Shown in pieces: positions 1-14,012 of a DNA stretch of 64,000 nucleotides (its first letter is position 1; every line of letters starts with the position of its first letter). The DNA lies in the NCBI GenBank assembly GCA_964016885.1, contig OZ024743.1, positions 36,952,001 through 37,016,000 of the forward strand, read 5' to 3'. This stretch comes from Eledone cirrhosa. Lineage: Eukaryota. The translations under genes and the position numbers were made by a program. The notes below the pieces were generated by a model, which saw only the letters and a list, made by a program, of their open reading frames with translations, ran no database searches and was not told where the DNA came from.

Positions 1-1090
1 ATGTATTAATGGGGTGTTTTTCCCAACCATCATGCGATTGGTCAAAAATCCATATAACTGACAAGTTGCTTTTCTTAATTAACAAATTCAATTTGGTGAA
101 ATGATTTTCAGAAATAAAGGCGATGATTAATTTTGTTGTATTGTCATTGGCAAGGAGCTTAAGGGCATATAGGAAAGGGTCATCTGAATTAGTTTCGTTG
201 TTTGTGCTGAGGTCATCATAGTTAACCCCGGGAATATCTTTTAACCAGATGACATGTAAAATACATAATTTGGTACTCCTGGTCATATCAGTGAATAACT
301 GAATGAGTCTACGATTTTCTAGTGTGTCAGAGGCTACTACAAAAACATGATTCCAACGATACGCACTTACGAGACCAATTATCGCGGAAAAGCGAGCATT
401 TGCAGAGAGTGTTAACGACAAAGAGGTTTCGGGCAAATCGAAATCTCGTTCGGCTCTACGAGTACCGCCATTTTTCTCTATTGCCAACACAGGTTTTTTA
501 AAATCTGCAATCGAATCCAATAAACTGTCGAGAACATCCGAAGATCCGACTGCCATATAAGCTGGAGTTAATTTAGGGCTTGCTCCCCAACTTGAGTAAT
601 AATCCTCAGTTTTCTGGATTTTTTCAGACTTTTCCTGTTTATTATTTTGTCGAAGGGAATATGCACAGGATTCAAAATTTCCTAAAATAGTTAAGGCCTT
701 TTGTTTAGAAGAACACGTGTCTAGGATTAAAAGACCAAGATTTACATCTTTCAAAAGTTCATTGTGTCGTTGCTTTGCTGTTTTGACAGCATAAATCATA
801 GCCTCTATCAATTGGTCAATGTCGCTGTCGATGGTGACTTCTCCACATTCAAATGTTGTTTGTCCTGCCTTCCGTACAGGCATTATTGCCGTTACTAGAA
901 TGTCACCAGGTACGTAAATGAAGTCATTATTAATATCTATTGTTTTACCCGGTGAACTATCACATTGGTAACACTGAGGGCACCATCCATTGCATTCAGA
1001 AACTGGAGCCTTGACATCTTCTAAAGCGTTGTAACCTCGCACAGACTTCTTGAACATAGAAATACTTTTGTTTATAGTGTATTGGCCAAC
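1..1090 (-). CDS. Single-exon module: Cys-rich linker plus VFT3, open to the window edge (absent from the ORF track)
   Basis: TATCTAG|GTTGGCCAA acceptor. Manual translation has no stop down to position 1: VGQY...SECNGWCPQCYQC...VPGDILVTAIMPVR...CG...QLIEAMIYAV...VNLGLLILDTCS...WNHVFVVASD...LCI...VIWIFDQSHDGW. Confidence 0.9.
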
Positions 1091-1622
1091 CTAGATAAAT
1101 AAATACACACACATTGGGATAAAATACATAAGAAAAGACATCGTATACAATTCCATTATAATATTGGTAAACATTAATATCTAAACAAAAAGTAACAACA
1201 CATAAATAAATACCGATTCATATATTGAACAGATACACACTGATGTCAGAATATCTAGCCATCGTGTTTTCATATGTGTACACAATTGTTGATTAAATCA
1301 GGATGTTCTTATACATACATACTTTTAAAAATATATACTTAACTGTCCTTAAAATCTATAAATATTATTATTTCATCTCATACAGTCACATATTCGATTG
1401 TTATTTTAAAACTTTCTAAGTTCGTGAATATATCCTGATAATCTATATTACAATAACTGTACAGCTATATACAGTATATAGCATGCCAACACAAGAGCAA
1501 GAATGAGGGGTTCATTCTACTGACATGGCTATAAAATCGAGGCTTGTTTGCATAATTGCAAACGAATCGAATGTTATTACTCAGATTACATTTATTGTAT
1601 TCAGCCATGTAGAGTGAAATTT

Positions 1623-1720
<98 letters not shown>

Positions 1721-1800
1721 GAGTTATCGTTTTCGGTTTCTCTAGTTCAGAGTTAGAATAGCCTATAACGCGGATTGTTTCAGCATACAGCTGTATTAAT

Positions 1801-1848
<48 letters not shown>

Positions 1849-2607
1849 CATAGCTTTGTTATAATTTGCTGAAGAAACCAAATAATACGTATTCTGGCCG
1901 TAAAACAATCGTCTATGCAACATATAGTTAGTTAGCATGATACGATGTTGCTGAAATATAACTCAATGAAAATTGACTAAGTTATAGGAAAAAGGTCCAA
2001 CTATCTCAAGGAGGTGGGGGGCACAAATCAAATGAAAATGTATTTGACGAATTTATAATCTAATGAAATACACAGTATATTATGAGCTGGCCTATGCAAC
2101 GCTAGTCGATAATATTAGGCTAGACGTTACGTGTAGACCCCATTTCAAACAGTTTATGCTAAATGCATATGATTTATATATAGGTTATGGGTATATACAT
2201 GTATATATACTGTATATGATGTAGTTAAAAGCGACGGAAAGGTATATAGAAACTAGAACGATTTATATAAAGGTATTTCTATACTAAAGGGTCCTACTTT
2301 TGCCTCTTCGGGGGAAGTAGGCTCCTTCAAAATCATAAGGCCATGGCAACTGATCCACAGTCAACCAACCTTTCGTTCTGGCCCGATTCTGGCTCCGTTT
2401 AACCTCGCAAGCTGGAATGGCTCTTCCAGCGCGTCTCCATCACCATCCTCCGGGGAAACGCGTTCTCTATCCACTGGGGCCCACCTTTGCTTATAATGAG
2501 AGATGAGAAGAACTGGAGAGACGGAGCCGGTGACAGTTGGAGATTGTTTTCATTGTGTTCGGACCTGATGTATATATATATATTTATTTATCGCACCACA
2601 TATACAC

Positions 2608-2681
<74 letters not shown>

Positions 2682-2702
2682 ATATGTGGTGCGATAAATA
2701 AA

Positions 2703-2741
<39 letters not shown>

Positions 2742-2761
2742 GTGTATATGTGGTGCGATAA

Positions 2762-2815
<54 letters not shown>

Positions 2816-3693
2816 TGAATATCTTAGCACTTGTTTCATACACACACACTCACAGGCACACTTTACGTATGTTATACGACATTTTTATCAACAGTATAGT
2901 ACTGTTGTATATTATGTGTTTTCTATGATATGAACCAGAAATGTGACTATAAATCAATAAATACATTAAAAGGGCAATAATCGTATGTGTTTATGGGCAT
3001 CAACCTATGATCGGTGCAAAATTTGACATAACATATCTACTAAAACTTTAAAATAGTAGGCAAACTAATATCAATAGTAATAAAGAAAGAGAAACTGTGA
3101 AGTAGACTAAAGACCAATAGTATTTAATTTCATCCTTCTACACTCAAGTCACTTTGAGGTTAACTTTTTTCATACCTATGGAGTCTATTTTGCTCTGAAA
3201 ACAATTCATGTCAGGCATGATCCAAGGTAGATCCAATCAATTGCACCTACTTTCTACAAACCTTTCACGGCTATAAAAAAAATGTATTTAAAATATATGG
3301 AAGGAATGTTTATTCAATACAAAACCCAGAAGTTATGAGCAATAACTACCATCTCTGTGACTAAGAATACAAAGAGGGCGATAATACAACTGCTTCTAAT
3401 AAACAGGTGCTATTTGTTGTCAACATTATAGTAGCAAATTATAAATGACTATAAGACTTAACTCTTAATGGAATCTTAGGGTCGCTTTCGTGATATACTA
3501 AACCTTGCAAGTCGCATCTTTTTCCAGGTCTGAACATAACCGATTGAGAGAGGGGGGGGAGTGAGTGAGTGTGTAAGAGAGAGAGGGTGAGTAAGAGAAA
3601 GAGCGGGAGTGAATTAATGTCTGACTGATTGAGAAAGCGAGTGAGAGACTGAGACAGAGAGAGAGAGAGCTAGTGAGAGACTGAGAGAGAGAA

Positions 3694-3763
<70 letters not shown>

Positions 3764-4147
3764 ACCAGCTACAGTGTTTTAGACTACTACTTTATGAATT
3801 ACAAAGTGATAAAAGGCCAAGTTGCGCTCGACGGATTTTGAACACAGAGCACAGGGAGCCGGAATGGATACCGCAAGGCATTCTATCCAACGCTCGCCTT
3901 AGAAGAAAACTATATGCACATGTGTAAATTTGTAAATGAAACTATTATTGTTTTCTGAAAATTTTTTGCACATTTTACAATATACAATTAAAATTCATTT
4001 TAATAATCTTTACTGGAAGACATAAATTTTCCATAAGAAGTATAGATGTCAGTCAGGATTTGATTCAATACTAGGGAAATTTCAAATTAATTAATTAGTA
4101 CAAATTTTACTTATAATTCACATATTACAAATATGAACTATTCGTAT

Positions 4148-4260
4148 TCAAATCCCGCCGGGGTTAACTTTGCCCTTCATCCTTACGGGGTCGATAAAAT
4201 AAAGTACCAGTAATACACTGAGATAATTGCTGGCCTTGTGCTAATAGTAGAAACAATTAT
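4148..4260 (+). mobile_element. SINE A, 5'-truncated
   Basis: B box through tail match the family consensus. It explains the spurious C-terminus of ORF 4183..5625. Confidence 0.85.
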
Positions 4261-4311
4261 GAAACCTCTAATTTCAGTCATAATTTCACTAAAATGTAAT
4301 TCTATGCTTAC

Positions 4312-5655
4312 CTGAATCCATTCAAATTCGCCTCCAATTCGTCGAAGGTTTTTTATGGCGTAGTTGTTTTTCAGAGTGCCACTTTCATCAAAATGTATGT
4401 TTTCACCAAATAAAGAAACGGGTGATGTTTGCAGAAAACGCCGGAAGTTCGACATCACGTTTGACCAATCAAGAAATTCGTTGCAGATTCCATTTTTTCC
4501 GGGACATAATTTTGATTTGACTTGATGTAAAACAGTGGCTGTACTTTCCATAAGAGCTGATAAATAACTAAAAGATACTGATTTCTGCGACTTTTTCACA
4601 ATTTTTCCAGCAGGACAATAGATTTTTCCAGATGGGCTTAAATGGCACATTTCAAGCTGACTTTCTAACTCAGAAACATTCAAAGATGTGACATTTCTGG
4701 AAATTTCATAAGATTTGGGATTATTTATTTCGATAAAAACAGAACTTTGGAAAAGATTAGAGCCTAACTCAGAAATAGCTTTTGAATTCCACGGGAAGAA
4801 AACAAAATTGAAAACATGGGAGGAACTGTACTGTTTTGAAATAGATTGAAGCACCTCAGAAGTGTCAGATAAATCAGTTAGAAGAATCAGTGCTGGAGAA
4901 TCTTGCTCAACGAAAAGTTTCCTACGATTAATCAGCTGTGATTTTCTTAAATCTTCAACTAATATAACATTTCGAATGCATATATTTTTTAATTTGGCTT
5001 CTTTGACAAAGTCTCGGTGGATTGCTTTCATTATTGGATTTTCTGATAGTAAAATAGTTAAATATGACCAGCGAAGTGACTTCAAAACATCCAGAATTAC
5101 AGATACGTACTTTTTAACACTCACGTTGTCAAAGAAACAGCCAATGTGTGTGATGTGAATGTTGGGTATGAGAGAGTTTCTGTTTTGTCTTTCCTGATAA
5201 GATTCTTTGTTATTTAAATTGGGAACGTGGATAGTGGATAACAGGTTACCAGAAGTTATTGCTCGTTCGATTCCATTTTTGTCAATAAAACTGTAACACG
5301 TGTCTCCAGCGTCATTTTGAGAGTGACATGAATCAACAACAATACCTCCTAGCCTACTCCTGGCCACATTCGAAGGATTGTCCTTCACCTGGCGGAGCGA
5401 CTTTAAAAAGTAATCAGCAAGCAACTTATTTTCTTTGATAGTTTTATCACATATTAGGGACTTTTGAATGGGCAGAACTAATGCAATATAAAAATCTCCC
5501 TCTTCGAACCTGCTGACAGATATCTCAGTTCTGTTTTGGGGACATTGGATACAAGCAGGGCAGTAGTTGGGACAATGTGAACCATGCAATTTCTCTGAAA
5601 TCAAGCGCCATCTTGTTTTATCCAACGGGTAGAAGGATCCGTTAATTTGGCCAAC
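4312..5655 (-). CDS. Single-exon module: Cys-rich linker plus complete VFT2
   Basis: CCCAG|GTTGGCCAA acceptor and CAG|GTAAGC donor. 1344 nt, phase 0-0. Motifs SHCPNYCPACIQC, GDFYIALVLPI, LGGIVVDSC, WSYLTILLSE, NICI, LCPGKNGIC, IHFDESG. Confidence 0.9.
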
Positions 5656-6389
5656 CTGGGTTACAAATGAGAAAATGAAAGGCTGATGATAAATAGTGAT
5701 GTTTTCCTAAGAATTAATGACAAAATCTAATACTCATAAAAAAACTTCATAAAATTATTCACACGACGTTGACGTTTATCATCCCCTTAAAATCAATTAT
5801 GTCGAGTTATATCTCGATACGGAAGACTAATTAACGAAAAAGAAAACATTTCTGAGAGTTTCGTACCATTGCTGTTATTGTTGTTATTATTATTATTATT
5901 ATTGTTGTTGTTGTTGTTGTTGTTGTTGATGATGATGAAGCTTGACCCCAAATCTATGATCAAAGACTTGCCACTTGTATGCTTATATGTAAGTGTTTGT
6001 GTGTATGTGCACGCGTATATATGCATATATGAACGTGCCCTATATGTACATGTATGCGTATACAAACATATATGTGTCTGTGTGTGTATAAAACAGTAAA
6101 AGAATCAACTTATAGGCATATACACTTCACATCTCATTTGCACATCATATTGCACCAGGGAACCTTAAAATGTAGGTACTATGAGTCATGTAGATTTTAG
6201 AATATAATAGAGCACCACATTTCACACACTATATAAGATGTCATGTTATTTTTAACAAGTTTGTTCAGGGCTCTGACACAAAACTCTAGGTCCTTGAGTC
6301 ACGTCTATAGAATTCTCAGCTAATAAGGATTATATATTTTCTCCACTACCTATTGGGTTCTTGTTCTCGTACTTGTAAAGTCATGCGTT

Positions 6390-6430
<41 letters not shown>

Positions 6431-6464
6431 CTCTCTCTCCCCAACTCTCTCTAGTGCGCGCGCG

Positions 6465-6514
<50 letters not shown>

Positions 6515-6532
6515 CCCTGTTCAAATTTTTTC

Positions 6533-6600
<68 letters not shown>

Positions 6601-6601
6601 C

Positions 6602-6694
<93 letters not shown>

Positions 6695-7342
6695 AAGGAG
6701 TAGAGGCAAAAATGCTTGAGAGGAACGCTCTGCATGAAGTCTATTGATACAAATAGAATTTTGCATTCTGAATGTGGTGAATCAGGAACAGGTTTCAATC
6801 AGGTGAGTCTAACAACAATGTCAAGACCGAAACTGTCTTCAGGAATATTCATATCATGAGAAGCAAACAATGAAAACAACTCTTATAGCCTGAGCTGATC
6901 CAAGCGTTTTTGAATAATTTTAGACAATGAAGTGTAATTTGTCTATAATCCAACTTTATGAAATCATTAGACATATTTTGGTCTTATTAAATCTTCTCAG
7001 TAAATTGTATTCCTATAGCAAATTGGCTGAGAGTGCATGAGTCCCCCACGGGCAGAACGCGCGTCTATCGCAAAAATTAGCTCCAAGTTGCTGCCGGTAC
7101 TCATGCTGCAGCTGAGTTGACTTGAGCAACATGAAATGAAGTACCCTGCACTTTTACTTTGGACCGCGTCCAAAGCCTTACGACCGTGAGCTCAATACGC
7201 CAACAAGACCGCATACGATTTTCACTGCAATCTATGAAATCTATGTTATGTATTGAAAATTTATGAATATGTTAAATTATTGTATCTCTCATTTCACTAC
7301 TTATTCACAATTCATTTACACAAATTTACATTAGCACCCTAC

Positions 7343-8086
7343 CTTTTCGAAAACAGGTCCGACAGTAGCGAATAGACTAAAATCCGTGTTCACTTCCCAA
7401 ACACCACTGATGTTCGACATTTTGAAAACGTCATCCCAGCTATCGTCTGTTGTGGTATTCGTGACATTATTGTTTGGAGCTGCTGCATCGTTTAAAGGGA
7501 TATTCAAATCAGCGGATAGCATTTTGATAGCTTTATTCACAGCATGGATAGATTTCAGGTTCAGAGCTTCTGACAAGATACTGTTAATACCGGGGATGTC
7601 ACAATTATCTAAGAAATCGTTGTTTATTTTGCAAAATTGGTTTTGAATTAGCCACTGACGAGAAATCTCACCAGCTTTGTCGATCATTAAGTTTGATCTA
7701 TTTACAATGAGATCAGCCAATGGGAAGTCTTTTAGGGGAGGCAAATCTTCACGTAACAGAAGTCCATTTGTTGTTGCGTTTAATACGATCTGTTTCAGAT
7801 CTGTGTTGCTATCCGAAATAAAAAGTGTAATTTTACTAGTAGCGTCGCTGAGCTTAGCTGCTTCGTGGTGTCCGGAGCTAGTTAACCCGTTGTTAAAGAA
7901 GAGCACTGTTGAGGATTTACTTTTTTGGTTGGTACTGGAGGTTTCGTCCATTGCTATGCATATTCTCGGTTTACTAAGAGCCACTTGTGCTAAAAATGAT
8001 TTTTGTTCTTCTATGGCATCAGCACTTGCACTCACGCGAGTGTTAATATATGACCAATTCAAAGAATGGCTTAATTCCACGAGAGC
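7343..8086 (-). CDS. Internal exon, remainder of VFT1 (ALVELSHSLNWSYI...RICIA...PVFEK)
   Basis: TATTACAG acceptor and AAG|GTAGGG donor. 744 nt, phase 0-0, open frame. Carries the 'AxVxxxxxxxWxYI' and 'ICIA' class C motifs. Confidence 0.85.
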
Positions 8087-8435
8087 CTGTAATATAGAAG
8101 GAAATATGTTTTACTTTATAAATCTACACATAGGGGCATTTTAACACAAGTATCCATTTAAAATGTGCGGAACGTATTTATCTGTGCGTGGGGAGTGGTA
8201 CATTTACGTACACAATTTTATATGTGAATACATGTCTACTATTTACATAATCACAAGAATTTGAATATTACGACCAATTGTTGTAGAAATATGTCAGCAT
8301 CATTTAAATTCAACTACATTTTCATATCACGCCTTCAAACATCTGGTTTAATGTCACAATGCAGAAAATAAAAATAAACTACTGGAATTATAAACTTAGC
8401 TCTCATAAAGTAGGATACTGATATTTATTAGTTAC

Positions 8436-8596
8436 CTTTGATTTTTTAATTGATTTCAGTCGTATGATCGTTTGAAATGGTGTAAGATTGGGTGCCTTTT
8501 GTAGTTCTCCCCAAATAATCACTTGAGGTATTTGAAATCTCTGCAGGTAATTATTCATTTCAGAAAACACTTCTAACGAAGTGGATATAACAATAC
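8436..8596 (-). CDS. Internal exon, VFT1 (GIVISTSLEVFSEMNNYLQRFQIPQV...)
   Basis: TTTTCTTTAG acceptor and AAG|GTAAC donor. 161 nt, phase 1-0. NYLQRFQIPQV matches mGluR 'NLLRLFxIPQI'. Confidence 0.85.
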
Positions 8597-9821
8597 CTAA
8601 AGAAAATACAAAATTGAATTTAATAGTATAACTTATGTTAAGCATTGTAGAATATGTGGTTAAGATTATTTTGGGAAGCTAATACAATGTGAGTTAGAAA
8701 TAACGGAGTGAAAACGAGAGTAAAATAAGACAAACAAAACAACAGTTTAGACTTTTACTATCAACATCACATTGGTTCCATTACTCTTCTCTTGTAAAAG
8801 AAGTCATAACCTTGAAATATCATGAAATATGAAGTAAACATTAGGGCCGAAACACTTGCATGAGGAGTGTTTCTTCTCTGAAGACCTTCTGCTGTCCAAC
8901 TTTCCTGAGAATTTCTTACCACTAAATGTATAGAGTGTTGTTTCGTTTGTCTTAGTTTACTTTCATTTTCACTCATTGATTTCTCAAAATAATCTTAAAG
9001 TTCATTTCTCACTTTTAGTACGGCTGATACTTAAATATAAGTATGTATACGTACATACATATATGTATACAGAAGTACAGTAGTATGTATCGCTGTACCG
9101 CTTAATTCGGGCTGTTTGTTTACAAACAAACCGAACATTATAATAAATGTTCGGTAAACCCATTACACGTACATATATATATGTGTGTGCTTGTATGTAT
9201 ATATATACATACTACCGTACGTCTGTATACATATATGTATGTGCGTATACATACTTATATCTTAAAGTTCAATTTGTTAATATTCCAGTAGAACTTGGTA
9301 CATGTTATGCATATATGTTATATGATGTCACTTTAATCAAGACAAAAGAAAGAGTTTGAACAAATAATGAAACAAGGACTTTGAGACTCAACTCCTGGAG
9401 AAATATAATCTCTTGGAAAAACATTTCACGTTATTAATTAACTGCTAAAGTTTGAATGTAAATGATATTCGACACTAAATATTGCAAATACCACCACGAA
9501 ACGAAACCGAGCATCAAGGTCACTGGTGTGATTGATGTGAACTAGGGACACACATTGTTATCAATGAAAATATTGCTATTATTAATGATTTCTAATTTAA
9601 GCACAAGGCCAGCAAATTTGGGGGACTGACAGAGTTGATTAAATCAACCCCAGTACTTGTGTGGTATTTTATTTTATCTACCCCGGAAAAATAAAAGGCA
9701 AAGTTCACTTCGGCACTATTGGGACTCCGGATGTAAAGAGCCAGATCAAATATCGCAATTGTATTTTATCGGACGCTCTATCAATTCAGCCAATCCACCA
9801 TCATCTATTGTTACTATTACT

Positions 9822-10190
9822 GGCGGTGGATTGGCAGTATCGGTAGAGAGTCGGACGCCATGTTTTCCAGCATAGTTACGTCCCTCTACGGTCTGAGTTC
9901 AAATCCCGCCGAGGTTCACTTTGCTTTCATCCTTACGGGGTCGATAAAATAAAGTACCAGTAATGCACTGGTGAATTGCTGGCCTTGTGCCAAAAGTAGA
10001 AACAATTATTACTGGCAGTATCGGTAAAGGATCGGACGCCATGCTTTCCACCATAGTTACGTCCCTTTACGGTCTGAGTTCAAATCCCGCCAAAGTTAAG
10101 TTTGCCTTTCCTCCTTACGGGGTCGATAAAACAAATTACCAGTAATGCACTGGGATAATTGCTGGCCTTGTGCTAAAAGTAGAAACATTA
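9822..10190 (+). mobile_element. Tandem pair of tRNA-derived SINEs (family A); an inverted copy lies at ~9585-9800
   Basis: A box TGGCAGTATCGG, B box GAGTTCAAATCC, body CTTTGCCTTTCATCCTTACGGGGTCGATAAAATAAAGTACCAG, tail GTAGAAACAATTAT. Confidence 0.88.
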
Positions 10191-10590
10191 TTAAAATGTT
10201 GTGGTGGATGACAGAACCGACAAAATGATGGAGGAAATAGGTTGATGTGCGTTCATTTAGGTTATGTTTTCAAATCTTACTTTGATTTTATTTACATAGA
10301 TACTAGTCGATCACAGTCCATAACCAAATTTAATGGTAACCTTGAAATGAATTATTTTGTTTCTAGAACTAGAAGTGGTTTTGAGTCGGTTGGTAGTATC
10401 AAAAGGGTTAAATTTGTGTATGTGCCATGAGAAATTGTATTTTGAGTTCAAATCCCGTTGGAACTTCCAAAATAGCACACCTTTCTGGAATACGAAGTAA
10501 ACAATGCAAATGAGAGACGTCATTCGTCTGAACCCACCTGTTGAGCTATGAATATGTTATAAATATCAAATGAGTTACTAGTTTACTTAC

Positions 10591-10686
10591 CGTTGATCGT
10601 CGTTGAACATCCATGCCCTTTGATCTCGCTCAACAGAATATCCAGTGCTCTTTTTGATGAACCACAGCAATCAAAAACTCTCAAAC
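10591..10686 (-). CDS. Internal exon, VFT1 (GLRVFDCCGSSKRALDILL...)
   Basis: Strong polypyrimidine tract and AG at 10687-10688, donor G|GTAAGT. 96 nt, phase 1-1. Equivalent to the mGluR 'G..ILDTCS....AL' motif. Confidence 0.85.
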
Positions 10687-12384
10687 CTTGTGAATAGAAA
10701 AAAAGGAGAAAAAAAATGTTAAACTGATAATCTTGTAAATATTGAAATATTTACGAAGCTAATTTTGTATCGCATTTATAATGGTCTCTGCATCGCATGG
10801 TGTATCACTGACAATTTTCTCTTAATGCTAGATATGTAATGTAATGTACCTCCGTCAGATTCGACGATGAGTGTTCCAGTTTTACGATCCCTGCCAGAGC
10901 CTGATCATGAAATTAACGTCTTGAGAACTGAGGATTCCACAGTCACGTGTCTTCTTAACATAATTATCTGAGAAATTCAACGTGATAGGTTGTCCTTTGA
11001 ATTACTGGCACAGTCCATTCGATGGGCTTCTAAATAATTTCTGTTTCCCTAATCACTCACAGAGATTGGGTCGATATACTAAATGTCACTTTCATAAAAT
11101 GCCAGGCGAAGCTAATTTCTTGACCATTTGGCCATGCTGCACCCAAACTAAGCCGAAATGCGGAAAAAAGTATTACTGACAAAACTGAGACAACTCCTGA
11201 CTACAGTCTGTGTGCAATGCTGCTCAGTAACATCTATATCACTAATCTCTGCTCACTCAATACAATCTGCATGTGTCATTTGAATTAAACATCAATATAA
11301 GGTACCAAGGCTCTGTTGATAAGTGAACACACAGGAACAAAACTATAAAAGTTATGTTACATCATAGTTGAGATCTAGAACAACCATTTAAAACACATAT
11401 ACAGTGTTATGTTCATTTATTATGATCTTATAATATAACACACACATACACACACACACATTTTAACTAAAGCTAAGCTGGAGCACAACCTTCAATGGTT
11501 CGGTCGATTATATCGGCTTCATTACTTAAATTCTTCCTTACACTTATTGGTAAGTATTGAAAGGTAGTGTGACAGGTGGCTCACGGTGATTTAAATCATA
11601 TGACTCATGGCTATGTTTTAATTTGCTTATAGGCTTCTAGAAGTTTGAAGTAGGAGTAATTTCCTAAAGTGCACCGTTTGGAGTTTATAGCAAAAATGGC
11701 TTAATATACATTTCCAATAATCGTCCAATAATAGAGGAATCATTGCATTTCTCCGTGTTTAGACATGTTTTCGGTAAAGCTGATACACACCTTCTGTGTC
11801 TCTTCGAGATCTGAAACATCGACGATATGCAAGAGGCTCTTTTCAAGGCATTTGTTTTTCAGGAAAGAGTTGGTGGGGTTTCTAGTTGTGCCTAAGTATC
11901 TGTGGTCCTATACAACCTAGGTGGCAGTGTCTAACTTTCAGTGAGTTCTTAAAGATATTATTTATGAGTTACAAGAAAACGTACGTTTCTTAGTGTTAAG
12001 AAGCATCTTACTAAATTAATATTGTACGTTGAATTAAACCACGTAATCTCACAAATACGTCTATTAGTCCTAGCGGAGGCTGGCTCCATATAGCTATTTT
12101 CCCTTAAACAGTACCCCTCTAGTATGTTATTATAATATAGAACGGCTTTGTCGAATAAACTCGTATTAGCGCATAGGCTAGATATGTATCTACTGATATT
12201 ACTAGTGAATGAGTAGTGCTTGCTGGTGTGTAATGAAACAAAACCGATAAAACGGAAATACAAACCAATCAGCCAGTTATTAATACACAGACATATTTAA
12301 CACTACTTCCTGAAATATTGAGTACTATATTTAGCCAAAGGAAATCTTTATACGAACACACACACGCCTGTGTTTGGGAATCCA

Positions 12385-12454
<70 letters not shown>

Positions 12455-13729
12455 GGTGGATTCCCGATGTAAATCGGGAGGTGACCCCAGTTACAAGAGG
12501 TACTCAATACTTTAGTAAAGTATAGGCATATTCGTTTTATTATAGAAATTACGTCTACAGGACTAAAACTGTTTTATTTGTGAGAGAAATCTATACATGC
12601 ACACACACACAGACACACACATATATATATATATTTATTTATTTACATATATTATGTATGTGTGTGTGTGTATGTATACTCATATAGCTGTCTATATATA
12701 TATATATACATATACACACACACTCACACACACATATATATATATATATATACACATACATATGCATGTATGTATTACATATATACACTAGTACATGCCC
12801 CCACTCCCCACATATATATAGTACCAAAGTGTAATTACTACTCCTCACAGTAAGTAAGAAAAACATGCATCGCAATATCAGTACATCCTTTAATACACAG
12901 GACACTGCACTTTTTGAATGAATCCCACGCAATATGGCGTTAATGCAGATTTAGTAGTAATCGCCCAGCAGCTGCTCATGAAATTTGCTTCTTGACACGT
13001 AAATTATACTTAAGCATCAAATGGCCAAAAGGTATTTTTTGTTTTTAACAAGTTCCCATGAACTTCTTTCTATGAAAACTTTGAAAATTGCTGTATATAA
13101 TATATAAGCTTCCATTATTAGAGTGTATGCTATATTTATTGAGTAATCTTCGTGGGAAACTAATATAAGTGTGTGTGTGTGTGTGTATGTGTGTGTATGT
13201 GTGCACGTGTGAGTGTGTGTGTGTAAATAAAGTTAATTGGCAGAGCCGTTAGAACGTTGGATGGAAAACTTCGTGGTATTCGTTCGTACTCACAAGTTTC
13301 TGAATTCGAATCCCGCTAATATAAACTTTGCCTTTTCATATGTTCGAGGTCGATAAATAAAGTACCAATCCAGTACTTTCTTTCTCGCTCACCCTCTATG
13401 TACTTCATGAAAAGAAATTGATTATTCATATGCCCAAGTCAGACCATATGACAGGTGAGAACTGTGTATTTATGTATTCATGTGTGGTTAGCTGGATGTA
13501 TATTAAATAAAAAAAATAATAGAATAAAAGTCTTAGAATATATCAAAGTGTGATATGCTGCTGTATTATATTAGTAAGGACACGCTGGATAATGTAATTT
13601 TAAATATGATGGAATGCTCAAGGCTGGAACGTATTTGAACATGGGTTTGCTCGATGAGGGATGACATAAGGCAAAAAGGTAACTACTATAATAAACTGCT
13701 ATAGGAGATAATTCATTCAGTAAAACCAA

Positions 13730-14012
13730 CAAAGATCTGCTGACCACGGTGAAGAGGAGGAAGCTGGGGTGGTATGGACATGTAACATGATCAGACGGAC
13801 TCAGAAAGATGATTCTCCAGGGAACAGTGCAGGGCAAAGCGAGGCAAACAGAGGAAGAGGTGGACAGACAACATAGCTAAGTGGACAGGAAGGAACTTTG
13901 CCACAACCCAAGTACTCGCCTATGACTGTCAGACATGGAAGCAGTTGGTGCAATGTTCAACAGTGCAGTGCCCCAACGACCCTGAAAAGGGTTAGGGGAC
14001 CATGATGATGAT
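13730..14012 (+). mobile_element. RTE-clade LINE 3' fragment
   Basis: Degenerate KDLLTTVKRRKLGWYGHV*...MILQGTVQGK-RGKQRKRWTDNIAKWTG, followed by a (TGA)n tail. AAAACCA on both sides may be a TSD. Confidence 0.8.

Noticed and set aside
4183-4311. Hydrophobic C-terminus of the 480-aa ORF as a TM helix
   Set aside because: It lies beyond the splice donor at 4311 and derives from intron and antisense SINE sequence.
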